A stretch of 27,980 nucleotides of DNA. Origin: an uncultured Candidatus Micrarchaeota archaeon (GTDB taxonomy: Archaea > Micrarchaeota > Micrarchaeia > Burarchaeales > Fermentimicrarchaeaceae). Below, piece by piece: positions 1-8,724 of this stretch (its first letter is position 1; each line of letters opens with the position of its first letter). The notes beneath the pieces were generated by a model. That model was not told the origin of the DNA and searched no databases. It worked only from the letters and a program-made list of their open reading frames with translations. Location: assembly GCA_963760615.1 (NCBI GenBank), contig CAVXDX010000006.1, positions 1-27,980 on the forward strand, read 5' to 3'. Both the position numbers and the translations under genes were made by a program.

Positions 1-252
1 TGATAACTCTCCATCAACAAAGCCAAGTACCTCTACCTTTCTATGGAGGTTATTCTGACGGGCCCATTCAGTTATTTTACTGAGTGCTTCGAATTCTCCT
101 GTTGAGACTCTGGCTGATGCAACTTCAATCCGGTCGACTTTAAAATCTTTCAGAAGAAGATTGGCTATATGGAGTTTTTCGAGTGGTGAGTATGACACTC
201 CCTGCGTCTGTTCTCCATCCCTGAGGGTAGTATCCATTATTTCAACTCTCAT
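1..252 (-). CDS. cimA: Citramalate synthase / isopropylmalate-synthase-like protein, 5' part (runs off window start)
   Basis: Manual translation from ATG 252 is open to position 1: MRVEIMDTTLRDGEQTQGVSYSPLEKLHIANLLLKDFKVDRIEVASARVS...VEVLGFVDG. DTTLRDGEQ is the DRE-TIM (LeuA/CimA) motif. The position after leuD matches the Bacteroidota leuA-leuC-leuD-cimA-leuB order. ATGA overlap with the leuD stop. Confidence 0.75.
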   Translation of the reverse strand, partial: MRVEIMDTTLRDGEQTQGVSYSPLEKLHIANLLLKDFKVDRIEVASARVSTGEFEALSKITEWARQNNLHRKVEVLGFVDGELS

Positions 253-857
253 CTCACTAAGCTTTTATTGTTTTCATAATCTGATTATCTTATTCTTCAT
301 ACTAAGAAGAAATCGATATCATCCAGTCCTTTAAGAAGACATTCCTTCTTATATGGATTTATTGCAAACGTACGGAATCTCCCTGTTGAAAGTAATTGTA
401 AATGTCTGTTTTTCAAGATCAATTTTGACTTTTGTTGACGGGATCTTTCTGAATCAGTTAAGAAGATTCTGTACAGAAGTTCTTCCGGAATAACAACAGG
501 CAGAAGGCCGTTATTAAGGGAATTATTCATGAAAATATCAGCGAAAAAGCTTGATATCACAACTCTGAATCCATAATCAAAAATAGCCCAGACAGCATGT
601 TCCCTGCTTGAACCGCTTCCGAAATTTTTTCCTGCAACAAGTATCTTTCCCTGAGAATTTTGGATTATTCAGAACAAATTCATTGTTCATTTCTCCCGCT
701 CTTCTGTATATCTCCAGTCGCGGAAAAGATTATCTCCGAACCTTCCCTGGATAGTGGCACTCAGAAACCTTGCCGGAATAATCTGATCGGTATCCACATT
801 TTCAAGAGGAAGAGGAACACAGGTTGATTCAAGAATATCAAATTTAACTTTTGCCAT
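249..857 (-). pseudogene. leuD: 3-isopropylmalate dehydratase small subunit, frameshifted as assembled
   Basis: Starts [32 protein letters not shown]. Later pieces GKNFGSGSSREHAVWA and ISSFFADIFMNNSLNNGLLPV...ECLLKGLDDIDF lie in different frames. Inferred stop TGA at 249-251 overlaps the cimA ATG. Confidence 0.9.
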
Positions 858-888
858 TTCAGATTATGTTTATTGATGTGATTTTCAG

Positions 889-2297
889 TTAAATAAATTC
901 CCGCGGATCAGTAATTCTTCCGGTAATTGCAGCAGCAGCGGCAGTAACGGACTGGCAAGTAGAGTCCTGGCACCCGGACCCTGTCTTCCTTCAAAGTTCC
1001 TGTTGGAAGTTGAAACTGCATATTTTCCCGCAGGGATCTTATCTTCATTCATTGCAAGACAAGATGAGCATCCGGGTTGCCTCACTTCAAACCCTGCATT
1101 GTTTAGAATTTCTAATCAATCCTTCTTTAATCATCTGTTCTTCAACATTTTTTGAGCCTGGAACAAGCAGAGCTGTAATATTTGCGGCTTTTTTTCTTCC
1201 CTTTACATGATCTGGCAAATGCCCTGAAATCTTCAATCCTGCCATTTGTACAACTCCCGATAAATACATAATCCACCGGATGCCCAGGAAGTTTCATTCC
1301 GGGTTTAAATCCCATATAATCAAGTGATTTAAGAAATGATGACAGATGCTTCATTATTCTGATTTTCTGACGATGGAATTGATTCATCGACTGCCATTCC
1401 CATACCGGGATTTGTGCCATAAGTGATCATTGGTTTTATTGAACCTGCATCAAATTCTCAGTTCCCTGTCAAACATTGCATCCGGATCAGCTTTTAATTC
1501 TTTCCACTCATTGATCTGCATTCTCGACATCAAGATTTTCATTCCAGGATATTGATGGAACTGTTTCAGATAATTAAATGTAATTTCATCAGGTGCAATC
1601 AGTCCTCCACGTGCACCCATCTCAATACTCATATTGCAAATTGTCATCCTTGCTTCCATGCTCAGATTTTTGATTGCTGAACCACTATACTCAACGAAAT
1701 ATCCTGTTGCTCCTCCTGATGAAATCTCTGAAATGATATACATTATTATATCTTTGGAGGTAACTCCTTTCTGAAGTTACCATTAATGGTAATCCTCATC
1801 TTTTTTGGTTTTGGCTGAAGGATGCACTGGGTTGCAAGAACCATCTCAACTTCACTTGTTCCGATACCGAATGCAATTGTACCGAAATGCTCCATGTGTT
1901 GAAGTATGACTGTCGCCGCAGACAATTGTCATTCCGGGCAGAGTGTAGCCCAGTTCAGGACCAATAACATGAACAATTCCGTTATTTGGATGGTTAAGAC
2001 CAAACAATTCAATTCCGTATTTTATGCAGTTTTCAGTCAGTTTTTCAACCTGGTTCCTTGATAATTCATCTTTGATCTGAAGATGCTGATCTTTGGTAGG
2101 GATATTATGGTCGGCAGTTGCAAGTGTTCTTTCCGGACTGAATACAGGTATTCCTCTTTCTTCAAGACCATTAAATGCCTGAGGACTTGTAACTTCATGG
2201 ATATAATGCTGTCAATGTAAAGAACATCCGGTCCATCTTCAATGGAACGGACCACATGATTGTCCCAGATCTTATCAAAAAGTGTTTTTGGTTCCAT
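889..2297 (-). pseudogene. leuC: 3-isopropylmalate dehydratase large subunit, broken by at least six single-base indels as assembled
   Basis: Pieces in changing frames: [103 protein letters not shown]. The [4Fe-4S] Cys motifs are intact. Inferred stop TAA at 889-891. Confidence 0.92.
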
Positions 2298-2298
2298 T

Positions 2299-2407
2299 TC
2301 ATTTTAATTTTTGCTATTGCATCTATAAATGCTTCTACGGAAGCGGTTATTATATCAGTATTTGCAGAGAAGCCGTAATAGAGCTTTCCCTGGTGTTCCA
2401 CCTGTAT
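2299..2407 (-). pseudogene. leuA: 2-isopropylmalate synthase, last ~35 codons only (cut by the junction)
   Basis: IQVEHQGKLYYGFSANTDIITASVEAFIDAI resembles the C-terminal regulatory-domain end of Bacteroidota LeuA. It lies directly upstream of leuC. Confidence 0.8.
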
Positions 2408-2410
2408 GCC
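2400..2410. other. Junction between bacterial leu-operon DNA and archaeal ileS DNA (probable chimera)
   Basis: Minus-strand LeuA similarity stops and plus-strand IleRS similarity (AVMVHPNYQYVRVKV) starts within the same few bases. Composition and indel density change at this point. Confidence 0.85.
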
Positions 2411-4828
2411 GTGATGGTCCACCCAAACTACCAGTATGTAAGAGTCAAGGTGGAGAAGGAGGAGTGGATTGTTGCGAAAGACAGGCTTGATGCCGTTGTT
2501 GCCATCACAAACAAGCTCGGTCTGAGCCCTGTGATACTCGAGGAGTTCAGCGGGCTGAAGCTTGATGGCTTAAAATACGTTCATCCGCTTCTGGACAAGG
2601 TGCCGAAGCAGAAGGAGTTCAAGGATGCCCACAGAGTTGTGATGAGCGAGAAGTTTGTCACCCTGGAGGATGGCAGCGGGCTTGTCCACTGCGCGCCAGG
2701 GCACGGGCCGCAGGATTTTGAGGTTGGGAACCAATACAAGCTGCCCATATTCTGCCCTGTTGGAGAGAATGGAAAATACACAAAGGATGCTGGCGAGTAT
2801 GCTGGCATATATGTGAAAGAGGCAGACAAGCTGATAATAGAGGAGCTTGAGAAGAAGGGTCTGCTCATACACGTGGGTGATATAAAGCACAGGTACCCAC
2901 ACTGCTGGAGGTGCAAGTCACCACTCATTTTCATAACAACCGACCAGTGGTTCATACGAATAACAAAGATAAAGGAGAAGATGCTTGCCGAGCTGGACAA
3001 GGTTAGGTGGCAGCCTGAGTTCGCAAGGGTGTGGTTCAAGGATTTCATCACATATGCGCCGGACTGGTGTATCTCAAGGCAGAGGTACTGGGGCATACCC
3101 CTCCCAATATGGGTGTGCGAGAAGTGCAGCAAGGTAAAGGTAGTTTCCTCGAGGTCGGAGCTGGAAATTGCGAGCGGGAAGAGGCTGGATGATTTGCACA
3201 AGCCGGAGATAGATGAGGTATTCCTGAAATGCGAATGCGGAGGGGAGATGAAGAGGGTGCCTGATGTGCTTGATGTGTGGTTCGACTCGGGCAACTCAAT
3301 ATGGGCTCCGCTCTCAAAGGAGGAGCTGAAGTACTGGTATCCATGCGATTTCATTGTGGAGGGCAAGGACCAGATAAGGGGCTGGTTCTATTCATTGCTG
3401 GGATGCGGCGTTATAGCCTATGATGAGATACCCTACAGAAATTTGCTCATGCACGGCTTCTTTGTGGATGAGAAGGGAGAAAAAATGAGCAAGTCGCTCG
3501 GCAACTTTGTTCCTATAGAGGAAATAATTGAAAAATACGGCGCGGACACATTCAGGCTGTGGAGCATGAGCAGCACAGTTTGGGAGGACCTGAAATTCAA
3601 CTGGGAAGAGATAAAGGAGGCGAACAAATCCCTATCCATACTCTGGAATCTGTACCTGTTCATGGAAAGGTTCTCAAAACTCAGCAAGTTCAACCCAAAG
3701 AAAGAGGTGAAGGAGTACGAACCGGAAGATTTATGGCTGCTCTCCAAGCTGAATGGAATAATAAAGCAGACAACTGAGCAGTTTGACAAATATGATGTTC
3801 ATGAAGTGGTGAGGATTTACAGAAGCTTCATGGTGGAGGACATAAGCAGATTCTACCTGAAGCTTGGCAAGAAGAGAATTTCTGAAGGCAGGAACTCAAA
3901 TGCATTCTACAAGACGCTTCACACCTCCCTTCTTGCCCTCTCGGAGATGCTCTCGCCGATAACGCCATTCATAGCAGAGGACGGCTACCAGCTACTCTTC
4001 AGGGAAGAGGAGAAGAAGGAGAGCCTGAGCATGCTGCCCTGGCCGCAGCACGACCCTACCAAGCTCAATACGCTCATCGAAGGGCAGATGGGGGCGTGCA
4101 GGGAGATATCAGGAGTAATCGCACAGCTGAGGCAGGCTGCCAATATCAAGCTCAGGTGGCCTCTCGAGGAGGTTGTTGTTGTCACGGATTCAACTGAATG
4201 TGTGAATGCAGTGGAGCATCTCTCCTACATAATAGAGATGATTGGCAATGTCAAAAAGACAAGGATAGAGAAAGAAATGCCCAGCATTGTTGAGGCGAAG
4301 CCGAAGCTCCATGTCATGGGACCTGCTTTCAAGGATTACTCCGCAGCTGTTGCGGAAGCTGTGAAAAACAGCGATGCGAAGCTTGTCAGGAAAGAGTTGG
4401 AGGAGAAGAAGTATTTTGAGGTGCTCATAGACGGCAGGCCCTACAAGGTCACTCCAGATATGGTTGAATTCCTGGAGACCCCTCCGAAAGGATACGCAGA
4501 AGCGCCTTTCAGCGGTGGCAGGGTGTACCTGAAAGTTGAGGTGACCCCGGCTCTCTATGAAGAGGCAATAACAAGAGAGGTGGGGAGAAGGATACAGATG
4601 ATGAGGAAGGAGCTCCAGCTTGTTGAGAGCGACATGATTGAGGTGAACGTTGTTGGCGATGCAGAGTTCCTGTCACTTCTTAAGAAAGGAGAGCAGAGCT
4701 TGGCAAAAGAGGTTAAGGCGAAAGAACTTATCCTGTCAGAGAAGCAGAAGCTGAAAGGAAATGCAAAGGAGTGGGAGATAGAGGACAAGAATGTTACAAT
4801 AGTGGTGAAGAAGCCTACTCTGCCTTGA
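2408..4828 (+). CDS. ileS: Isoleucyl-tRNA synthetase (archaeal/eukaryote type), 5'-truncated
   Basis: Editing-domain motif GSGLVHCAPGHGPQDF, YPHCWRC, DWCISRQRYWG, DVWFDSG, EGKDQIRGWFYSL and KMSKS are present. The HIGH motif and the WTTTPWT segment are absent. The ORF-track start at 2282 translates antisense leuA/leuC sequence. Confidence 0.95.
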   Translation, partial: AVMVHPNYQYVRVKVEKEEWIVAKDRLDAVVAITNKLGLSPVILEEFSGLKLDGLKYVHPLLDKVPKQKEFKDAHRVVMSEKFVTLEDGSGLVHCAPGHGPQDFEVGNQYKLPIFCPVGENGKYTKDAGEYAGIYVKEADKLIIEELEKKGLLIHVGDIKHRYPHCWRCKSPLIFITTDQWFIRITKIKEKMLAELDKVRWQPEFARVWFKDFITYAPDWCISRQRYWGIPLPIWVCEKCSKVKVVSSRSELEIASGKRLDDLHKPEIDEVFLKCECGGEMKRVPDVLDVWFDSGNSIWAPLSKEELKYWYPCDFIVEGKDQIRGWFYSLLGCGVIAYDEIPYRNLLMHGFFVDEKGEKMSKSLGNFVPIEEIIEKYGADTFRLWSMSSTVWEDLKFNWEEIKEANKSLSILWNLYLFMERFSKLSKFNPKKEVKEYEPEDLWLLSKLNGIIKQTTEQFDKYDVHEVVRIYRSFMVEDISRFYLKLGKKRISEGRNSNAFYKTLHTSLLALSEMLSPITPFIAEDGYQLLFREEEKKESLSMLPWPQHDPTKLNTLIEGQMGACREISGVIAQLRQAANIKLRWPLEEVVVVTDSTECVNAVEHLSYIIEMIGNVKKTRIEKEMPSIVEAKPKLHVMGPAFKDYSAAVAEAVKNSDAKLVRKELEEKKYFEVLIDGRPYKVTPDMVEFLETPPKGYAEAPFSGGRVYLKVEVTPALYEEAITREVGRRIQMMRKELQLVESDMIEVNVVGDAEFLSLLKKGEQSLAKEVKAKELILSEKQKLKGNAKEWEIEDKNVTIVVKKPTLP

Positions 4829-4994
4829 ACTTTTTCCTCTTGCCCATTTCAGACCAGCAGTCCTTGCATATCATAATCCTTCTTATCTTGCTTGTTTTCT
4901 TGGATGATTTCTCGCAGGGGATGCACACCTTCCTGTTGCAGTACTCGCACGGTTCCAGCAGATGTGCCTCTTTCCCGCACCTTTCGCAAATCAT
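4815..4994 (-). CDS. 59-aa Cys-rich Zn-finger protein (below the ORF-track length cutoff)
   Basis: Manual translation: MICERCGKEAHLLEPCEYCNRKVCIPCEKSSKKTSKIRRIMICKDCWSEMGKRKKFKAE*, with four CxxC pairs. GAGGTG-N5-ATG ribosome-binding site. TATTAATA box about 35 nt upstream. Overlaps the ileS 3' end by 14 nt, convergent. Confidence 0.8.
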   Translation of the reverse strand: MICERCGKEAHLLEPCEYCNRKVCIPCEKSSKKTSKIRRIMICKDCWSEMGKRKKFKAE

Positions 4995-5038
4995 GTGTTC
5001 ACCTCATAAAATATTAAACAGAAAATCTATTAATACCT

Positions 5039-5385
5039 GTTGCTTTGCACATAAATTAAATATCATGCGCTTCCGCCCTCGTCTTTTCAGTCATCGGCGG
5101 TTCCGGGCTGAAAGCAGCAGCCCCGTCTGAAAGAACATGTCTTTCAGACCTCTTCAGGATATTCATTGCACCATTGAAGTCTGCATTCACCTGGTATTTG
5201 CAGTTAGGACATTTGAACAAACCTTGTTTTATTCTTTTCCCTTCCCCCCGCATCTGCTGCATGTTTTGCTTGTGTAGTCCTCCTTAATTTTCACAACTGC
5301 AATTCCTTTCAGATGCGCCTTGTATTCAATGAAGAAGGAAAGCCTGTTGAATGGAAAGGAGTTTATTATTCTGTTGAATCTCTTT
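5039..5385 (-). mobile_element. tnpB: IS200/IS605-family TnpB (Cas12f-like) C-terminal remnant with element right end
   Basis: RFNRIINSFPFNRLSFFIEYKAHLKGIAVVKIKEDYTSKTCSRCG / GLFKCPNCKYQVNADFNGAMNILKR gives the Zn ribbon plus RuvC-III (NADxNGAxNI). One frameshift at the C6 run 5244-5249. No RuvC-I/II upstream. Hairpins at 5125-5149 and 5047-5070. Confidence 0.85.
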
Positions 5386-5493
5386 AAGGGGGGTAACTTT
5401 CCAGTGAAGGGTGTATGAGATCTCCCGCTCATGCTGTTAATCAAGGATTTCACAGTTATATTAATATTCTGGAGTTTACAGTTATATCTGGTA

Positions 5494-7368
5494 ATGAGAA
5501 TGGGGAAGCTTGCTCTGTTGCTTTCGGTATTGTGCCTAGTGCTTGTTGTGCGCTCAGTCAAAACTGTCTCCCCGGGAGACTCAACAACAATAAACTTCTT
5601 CATAAGCAACCCGGCCGGTTACTATGAGTTCTGCGTTGACAGCATCCTCGTCCAGTTCACCGATCATGTGGGAGACATAAAAGTCGTCACCCCCATGCCA
5701 GTTTATCCAAAGATTTGCATCTGCCCACCCAGCGATAACAGCAGCTGTCTCAGCTATGTCAGCTCAGGGAAGGCGTACGGCCAGTCGCAGGGATACAAAT
5801 ATGCTCCCTCAGATGAGTTTGGGTTTGTCTTCAATATAACCATAGACCCCAATGCTGCCTCGTCGCTGGTCTACCCCGGCGTGTCGCACAGCTATGACGT
5901 GCATTATTCATACAAGTTCGTGAATTGCGAGATGGGCTGCTGGTTCGAGAGTCCGCAGCAGGAGTCATACTCCGAGATGATTTACGTTCATGGACTCACA
6001 CAAAATGAGCTAATCCTGGCGCAGGGCGGGACCCCAGTTGAGCAGCTGGCTGCAAGTTCCCTGGCAGAGGCGCAACAGGATGTTTCTGATGCGTTCAATG
6101 CAATTGAGCAGGCCAACAGCACAATATTCCTCTCCCTCACTGCCCGCTGCATATCAACATCAAAAGCATCAGCATACATTTCAGATGCTCTTGACAATTA
6201 CTCTGCAGCTAAATCCTACCTCCTCTCTGCCCAAGCTGCATACAACTCCAAGAATTATGATGCTGTGAAGTACAATGCAACCATAGCAAAGCAGCTTGCA
6301 GTGCAGACCAAAAACGAAGCAGATATGGCTACGAACATAATACAGGCTGAGCTCCAGAGGGTTGAGGCAATATCAAACAAGATGGAGCAGGCAAACCTCT
6401 CACTGAGCTATTCGCTCACTCTGGAAACAAAGGCAGAGGCGATAGGGGTGATTTCCCCTGAAGCGAATGCATTAAACTCGCTTGCCTTGGAGTATCTCAA
6501 CAAAACTGATTCAGCATGCAACTCCGGCGAGTATGACGTTGTCAGCGAATCAGCCGACAGTGCCATGGAGAAGGCTGATGCGGCAAAACTGGTCCTTGAA
6601 CCGCTTCTTAGGGATAGGCTTGCTGACATCTATGGAGCCTATGCGAGCAACCTGAGCAGTGCCAGACTTGCGATTGGAAACCTGTCAGCCAATTACAGCA
6701 ATTCGACGCTTGATAACCTGACAGAATACAGGGATAATATACGGAATGGGAACTACACAGACTTCTTCATCTATCTGGAGTCGTTGCCATCAATCACTGA
6801 AATTGTGGCAAAGACCGTTTCCGAGCTGGCTGAACTGAATCAGACCCTTGGAAGAATGCAGAACATAACGCTCCTCGCTGGGGAGTACAAGCAGGAGATG
6901 AATCTCTCAGAGATAAACCTCCTACTCCAGAATTCAGTGGAAGAGCTTTCTGTTAATGACTTCAACCACTCTATGAACCTAACCAATGAAGCAAACCTGA
7001 AGCTAGATGCAATGAATACGGATTTGCATGTCAAGATAGACAAGATAAAGAATGCCAAAATACTCATCCAAACTGCAAACAGCACCATGGACGATGTGTC
7101 AAAAGATACATTCCTGATTTTAAGACCGGATCTGTCAGAGTCAGAGCTTGCATTGAAGAGGGCAAATGATGCGCTGTACTCCCAGCCTGATAAAGCAGCC
7201 ACCTTTGCAATCCAAGCAAGGGTGCTCGCAGTTGAGCAGAGAAGGAAGACGGAGTCCATAAAGATGGGAGTCGCCGGAGCAGTTATAATTATAATTGTCC
7301 TCGTTGTGATAATAAGCAGAATAGGAAGTCCTTTCAAAACTGCGAGAAAACCAATAAAGCTCAGGTGA
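5494..7368 (+). CDS. Membrane-anchored surface protein: signal peptide, Cys-containing N-terminal domain, long helical stalk, C-terminal TM helix
   Basis: N-terminal hydrophobic stretch MGKLALLLSVLCLVLVV (likely start 5494 or 5500, not 5431). Ala/Asn-rich helical repeats and many N-x-S/T sequons. TM VAGAVIIIIVLVVII followed by a basic tail. Confidence 0.85.
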   Translation: MRMGKLALLLSVLCLVLVVRSVKTVSPGDSTTINFFISNPAGYYEFCVDSILVQFTDHVGDIKVVTPMPVYPKICICPPSDNSSCLSYVSSGKAYGQSQGYKYAPSDEFGFVFNITIDPNAASSLVYPGVSHSYDVHYSYKFVNCEMGCWFESPQQESYSEMIYVHGLTQNELILAQGGTPVEQLAASSLAEAQQDVSDAFNAIEQANSTIFLSLTARCISTSKASAYISDALDNYSAAKSYLLSAQAAYNSKNYDAVKYNATIAKQLAVQTKNEADMATNIIQAELQRVEAISNKMEQANLSLSYSLTLETKAEAIGVISPEANALNSLALEYLNKTDSACNSGEYDVVSESADSAMEKADAAKLVLEPLLRDRLADIYGAYASNLSSARLAIGNLSANYSNSTLDNLTEYRDNIRNGNYTDFFIYLESLPSITEIVAKTVSELAELNQTLGRMQNITLLAGEYKQEMNLSEINLLLQNSVEELSVNDFNHSMNLTNEANLKLDAMNTDLHVKIDKIKNAKILIQTANSTMDDVSKDTFLILRPDLSESELALKRANDALYSQPDKAATFAIQARVLAVEQRRKTESIKMGVAGAVIIIIVLVVIISRIGSPFKTARKPIKLR

Positions 7369-7377
7369 GGTGCGTGT

Positions 7378-8673
7378 ATGCTGAGAACCCACTATGCATG
7401 TGAAGTGAAGCCCGGCATGAACGGGGAGAAGGTCTCCCTCGCAGGCTGGGTGCATGAGGTAAGGGACATGGGCAAGGTAAAGTTCCTTGTACTCCGGGAC
7501 AGGACAGGGCTGGTCCAAGTGACAGGGAAGAAGGGAGTCACAGATGACATAGTGCTTGGCAAAATGAGCCTTGTCAAGGAGAGCGTTGTGAGAGTGACCG
7601 GCATAGTGCGCGAGGAGAAGCAGGCAAGAGGAGGGGTAGAAGTGAACCCACTTGAGATTGTTGATTTAAATCCGGTTGAGGTGAAAATACCTTTTGAAGT
7701 CACGGGAAAGGTTCCTGCGGATCTGGATGTGCGACTCAACCACAGGCAGATTGATTTGAGGAGGATGGAGACGAGCGCAGTCTTCAAGGTCAAGAGCCAG
7801 ATGCTGCATTCATTCAGGGATAGACTTTGCCAGCTTGGCTTCACTGAGATAAACCCGCCCTGCATAGTCTCTGCTGCAACAGAGGGAGGGACGGAGCTGT
7901 TTCCCGTTGAGTATTTTGACAGGAAGGCTTTTCTGGCGCAGTCGCCCCAGCTGTACAAGCAGCTTGCGGTCATAGGCGGAATGGATAGAATCTTCATGAC
8001 AACTCCTGTTTTCAGGGCGGAGAAGCACAACACCACAACACACCTGAACGAACTGCTTTCCCTGGATATAGAGATGGGGTTCGCGGACCATAATGACGCA
8101 ATGAATGTTCTGGAGGATGTGATCAAGCACATAATATCGGATGTGCTCAACAGCTGCCCTGCTGAGCTCAAGCTGCTCGGAGCTGAGCTGGAGGTTCCAG
8201 AGAAGGTGAAGAAGCACACATACACGGAAGTTGTGGAGCTGCTCAAGAAGAAGGGAGAAAAAATGGCATGGGGCGAGGATTTCAACAGGGAGCAGGAGTC
8301 AAGAGCCGCAGAGCTGCTGGGGGAGGAGATATTCTTCATAACAGAATGGCCCACGAGGTGCAGGGCCTTCTATTCCATGCCTAAAGAGGATGACCCCAAA
8401 ATTTGCAATGCATACGATTTGATGTACGGAGGATTGGAAATAGCATCTGGAGCGCAGAGGATACATCTGCCAAAGCTTCTCGAGGAGCAGCTCATCTCAC
8501 GGGGGTTGGATCCTAAGGAGTTTGAGTTCTACGTAAATGCATTCAGAATGGGAGCGCCCCCCCACGCGGGCTGGGCCATTGGAGCGGAGAGGCTTGCCAT
8601 GAAGCTCTGCAACAGGGAGAACATACGGGAATGCGCCCTATTCCCAAGGGACAGGAGCAGGCTAACGCCCTAG
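7378..8673 (+). CDS. aspS: Aspartyl-tRNA synthetase, archaeal type
   Basis: OB-fold start GWVHEVRDMGKVKFLVLRD, EGGTELF, LAQSPQLYKQ, motif 2 FRAE, motif 3 GAPPHAGWAIGAERL, ending FPRDRSRLTP. GAGGTG-N5-ATG ribosome-binding site. Confidence 0.96.
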   Translation: MLRTHYACEVKPGMNGEKVSLAGWVHEVRDMGKVKFLVLRDRTGLVQVTGKKGVTDDIVLGKMSLVKESVVRVTGIVREEKQARGGVEVNPLEIVDLNPVEVKIPFEVTGKVPADLDVRLNHRQIDLRRMETSAVFKVKSQMLHSFRDRLCQLGFTEINPPCIVSAATEGGTELFPVEYFDRKAFLAQSPQLYKQLAVIGGMDRIFMTTPVFRAEKHNTTTHLNELLSLDIEMGFADHNDAMNVLEDVIKHIISDVLNSCPAELKLLGAELEVPEKVKKHTYTEVVELLKKKGEKMAWGEDFNREQESRAAELLGEEIFFITEWPTRCRAFYSMPKEDDPKICNAYDLMYGGLEIASGAQRIHLPKLLEEQLISRGLDPKEFEFYVNAFRMGAPPHAGWAIGAERLAMKLCNRENIRECALFPRDRSRLTP

Positions 8674-8681
8674 TCTGCATA

Positions 8682-8689
8682 TTTATATA
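8682..8689 (+). promoter_or_regulatory. Archaeal TATA box upstream of the 8725 gene
   Basis: TTTATATA lies 36 nt upstream of the TTG start, in the intergenic gap after aspS. Confidence 0.55.
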
Positions 8690-8724
8690 TATGTAAATGT
8701 ATGAAATTCTAATCTGGTGGTAAG

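Noticed and set aside
2282-2407. 42-aa N-terminal extension of the 848-aa IleRS ORF
   Set aside because: It is the antisense reading of leuA/leuC across the junction and has no IleRS features.
1-2407. Horizontal transfer of a bacterial leucine operon into the archaeon
   Set aside because: It would destroy essential ileS, there are no mobility signatures, and the error profile differs sharply on the two sides. An artefact is more parsimonious.
5056-5385. Cas14/Cas12f CRISPR effector
   Set aside because: Only a C-terminal fragment is present. No CRISPR array or cas1/cas2/cas4 is visible, and IS-type right-end hairpins follow it.
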